DNA from: an uncultured Acidobacteriota bacterium
Lineage (GTDB): Bacteria; Acidobacteriota; Blastocatellia; RBC074
NCBI GenBank assembly: GCA_963796275.1
Contig: CAWCKY010000006.1
Location: forward strand, 1,728,001 to 1,792,000
DNA length: 64,000 nt
Direction: 5' to 3'
Numbering within the stretch: position 1 is the stretch's first letter; every line of letters begins with the position of its first letter. This document shows positions 61,284-64,000 of the stretch, one piece after another. Below the pieces are notes generated by a model. That model worked only from the letters and a program-made list of their open reading frames with translations, did not search any database and was not told where the DNA came from. Position numbers and translations under genes: made by a program.

Positions 61284-61466
61284 GCGGTCATTTCAAATCA
61301 ATTCTGAGGGGTTTTCGCGAAAGGGAATTTGAGATTATAACAGCGGTTAGCCCCGTCACGGGACCGCGTCGAGCTAAGTAGCAAATTGGAGAGCTGATGA
61401 AACGGGGAAGACCCGCCGGGTACTCGGCGGGCCTTCCCATTCGGCGCTTGAGCCCATTTGGCTTTA

Positions 61467-61817
61467 TTAGCCGCGACCGTAATGGCCGCGATTCTTGGCG
61501 AACCGGTAATACGCCTGCGCATAACCCTTACGGAATCCGACGCGGTAGTCATTGCTGACAAAACGGCGGTTAGCGGGTGCCGGATTTAATCTGCGGTGCG
61601 CGAGGGCGTCCGCCTTCCCTTCGGCCAGTCCGGCATTGAAGCCCTTCCGCTCTTCGAGTCGCTCCCAGCGACTGTCTATGCGGCCATCGCGGTCGTGATC
61701 GAACCGTTGCGGAACCTGGGCGGAAGCGCTCGATATGTCAGCGGCGCCAGCGGCAACCAAAAACGCAGCAGCAAAAGCGAATGAAAGTCCGATAGTTTTA
61801 ATAGCTTTGATAGTCAT
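61467..61817 (-). CDS. Small secreted Arg/Gly/Tyr-rich protein
   Basis: AGGAGGAG RBS; signal peptide ending ASAQ; motif YRVGFRKGYAQAY. Confidence 0.75.
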   Translation of the reverse strand: MTIKAIKTIGLSFAFAAAFLVAAGAADISSASAQVPQRFDHDRDGRIDSRWERLEERKGFNAGLAEGKADALAHRRLNPAPANRRFVSNDYRVGFRKGYAQAYYRFAKNRGHYGRG

Positions 61818-62190
61818 ATTTTCTCCTCCTTCTCCTAAGCCTGAGTCCCACAATGCCATCATAGCAACTGCGTCCCAGGGGTTCGCTGGACAGTAGTGCA
61901 TCTTGCGGGCCACACGCCCTGCTGCGGCGTAAGTGATTGATTTATCGACGCCAAGCGGTCTCCCTGAGCGCGCCTGAACATCAAGAAACCAGGTTTGGGC
62001 GCACGAAAACGTTAACGCTCGAACCGAATGGGAGCTTTTCCTGAATGGAGGAACGGCGTTTTACTTGCCATTGACTTCTATTCCGATGGGATTGAGTCTC
62101 ACTGTTGTCGTGTAGGTGCTCGGTACTGCACACATAGCTGAAGAAGCGCAGGCCTTGCCAGAATAACGAATCTCCGACAATTCTTTCATC

Positions 62191-62611
62191 ATGGAATTCC
62201 ACCGTTTATCATCCGCGAAAGAATACTCCATTCAAGCTCGCCAAGATGCTCGCTATGGATGGAGTAGTTACTCCTCCTACAATGTTGCAAAACTGATGAT
62301 AGAGTTCTCGACCAATATCCCGCGCGAACGGCTCCAACCGGGCTATGGTGACGGATTTTATGGTGCGCCTCTCAATACGGTGGAGCCTTCTCACATCCCA
62401 TCTGCGCGGGATCGAGGATGTCATCATCGTGGCAAGTCGAGAGCCAAAAAAGGCTCCTCTTCTGGAGGTCCGCGTCATGTATGAACCAAGCCGCATCTTT
62501 GCCAGCGCCGTCAAGATTGCCCTGAACCTCGGGTATGAGCAGTACGCCAGACACGTGGCCGTGCGTTTGAAGCGGGAGGCCCCGTCAAATCCGCCGTTGC
62601 AGCGGACGTGA
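62191..62611 (+). pseudogene. Degraded cassette-type ORF ending inside an attC site
   Basis: Overlapping partial frames; the last ends APSNPPLQRT*, as expected when an ORF reads into R''/L''. Confidence 0.4.
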
Positions 62612-62655
62612 TCCTCGCATACGTTCGGGTTCACAGCACTGAACGGCAGTTAGGC
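62584..62655 (+). mobile_element. Integron attC-like site (degenerate R'')
   Basis: GTCAAAT CCGCCGTTGCAGCGG...CACTGAACGGCA GTTAGGC. GCCGTT(G)CAG pairs with CTGAACGGC, leaving an extra G. Confidence 0.7.
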
Positions 62656-62772
62656 GGCTGAGAATGAATTCGTAATCTCAAAACTGCCGCCGAATATTTG
62701 CATTCACTCGCCCAGGTTCTACGTAATTATCGGTGTCTAGCTAGACCAAATAAAAATAGATAGGAGAAAGGA

Positions 62773-63795
62773 ATGAGAGCACGGATTCGGACTGTTACTG
62801 TTCTAATGCTAATTGGGTTGCTTGCCATCTTCGCCTCTTCGCAAGCCCAGAAGCCGAGTGAAAAATGGCTCCCGTGGCCCATCGACCCTGCCCGCAAATT
62901 GGAAAGCCGCCGCGAGGCCTTGGATCAAGTGTTGAGACAGAAAGATGCCGGCCAGTTGCTCGCTCTACGGCAAGTCGAGGAACAACTCCACAATCCAATT
63001 GGCCTGCCCACCCGCCTTCCGCCACCGAAGATGAAATCGCTCGTGCGGGAGGAAATCATTGAGCATGGACGGCGATCGCACATTGCGCTAGGCTGGCTCT
63101 TCAAGCCAGAAAACGGGAAGTGGCAATTTTACCTTGCTGGTGCATTTCCGGTAACCGATGGTGGCGTGATCTGCACAGCCTATCATTTAATGGATATAGC
63201 CGACATAGTTCGCGAGCGCAAATTTCGCGACTGCTACCTGGTCGCTTTCAACTCAAAAGGCGAGTCGCTCCGCATCGAGAGGATCGTCGCCGCAAATAAG
63301 ACAATGGACACATGCCTCATTCAGGTTCGAGGCGAGACGGGGCCAGCGCTTCCGATGATTGACACCCCGCCGGGTGGCACGGTTTATTGCTTCAGCCAGC
63401 CGATGTGGTTGCACAGCTACTTCAGCGAAGGCATCGTCAACCGCTATTATTGGGACAGCGAAGTCCTCGGAAAACCTGGTAGCCTGGAAGAAGTCGCGCA
63501 TCTGCGCATGAATGTGAGTTGCCCGTGGGGCTCCGGGTCGAGCGGATCCGCGGTGCTCGACGAACGCGGTAATGTTTGTGGCATGGTCTCCGGCATAGAC
63601 GTGATAGGCGGAGAGTATTTAGCGCCTAGCCCTGAAGACGATTTTTCGAAAGATAAGAAAGATGGCGAGGGAACGGCTCAGGAGAAATCCTCTGGCAACG
63701 GTCCAGCCACGGGGCTCCAGGTTTACAGGGCTGTGCCAATGCGCGCTATTCGTGCTCTTGCGGTTCAGCAAGAATCGGGGACACAACCGAAATGA
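62773..63795 (+). CDS. Secreted trypsin-like (S1) serine protease
   Basis: Signal peptide; triad motifs CTAYH, MDTCLI, GSGSSGSAVLD. Confidence 0.85.
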   Translation: MRARIRTVTVLMLIGLLAIFASSQAQKPSEKWLPWPIDPARKLESRREALDQVLRQKDAGQLLALRQVEEQLHNPIGLPTRLPPPKMKSLVREEIIEHGRRSHIALGWLFKPENGKWQFYLAGAFPVTDGGVICTAYHLMDIADIVRERKFRDCYLVAFNSKGESLRIERIVAANKTMDTCLIQVRGETGPALPMIDTPPGGTVYCFSQPMWLHSYFSEGIVNRYYWDSEVLGKPGSLEEVAHLRMNVSCPWGSGSSGSAVLDERGNVCGMVSGIDVIGGEYLAPSPEDDFSKDKKDGEGTAQEKSSGNGPATGLQVYRAVPMRAIRALAVQQESGTQPK

Positions 63796-63820
63796 AGAGT
63801 TCCGGAAGGCCAAGATTGCG

Positions 63821-63910
63821 GCGTAACGCCCCGGTTGACCGGAGCGCTGGCAGCGAGTTTCTTGACATTCTTTCAGTGCCGCCGCCCGCGCCCTGGTCAG
63901 CCGGGGCCCA
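63821..63910 (+). mobile_element. Degenerate attC-like site (R' lost)
   Basis: GCGTAAC, then GCCCCGGTTGACCGGAGCGC...GCGCCCTGGTCAGCCGGGGC (20-bp imperfect stem), 25 nt after the protease stop. No GTT follows. Confidence 0.5.
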
Positions 63911-64000
63911 GCAGAAAAGGCGGTTGCGGAGACGAATGCAGAAGCAGGGCGTCTGGGATTAAAGCTGACAACGCTTACTGTGGGCGATGAGGAGTTCGAC

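Overview
Bacterial accessory region of moderately high GC. The gene content (TPR-CHAT proteins, CadC-TPR regulator, tricorn protease, orphan-permease remnant) suggests Acidobacteria, but that assignment is inference. There are three blocks. (1) 1-15.6 kb: a tandem array of four exported TPR-CHAT (caspase-like) protease genes, divergently transcribed from an atypical ECF sigma factor and a double zinc-finger transmembrane anti-sigma. This is a candidate protease-triggered sigma-release signalling system. (2) 17.5-37.2 kb: a two-copy unit of [structured leader - Zn-ribbon ECF sigma - structured leader - secreted S8 subtilase with PA14 domains and a swappable C-terminus - signal-peptide RHS toxin - immunity gene]. 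The protease cores are nearly identical, while the protease tails, RHS proteins and immunity genes differ, and a decayed spare protease-tail cassette is present. This is a candidate undescribed protease-coupled polymorphic toxin system. A catalytically substituted umuD-like gene and a umuC gene flank this block about 23 kb apart. (3) 37.9-64 kb: a mosaic of intact genes, gene fragments (integrase, TnpB, GT2, permease, GH2), phage-type genes and three attC-like sites with no integrase in view. Several single-base frameshifts and in-frame deletions could be real decay or sequencing/assembly error. All family assignments come from motif recognition, not database searches.
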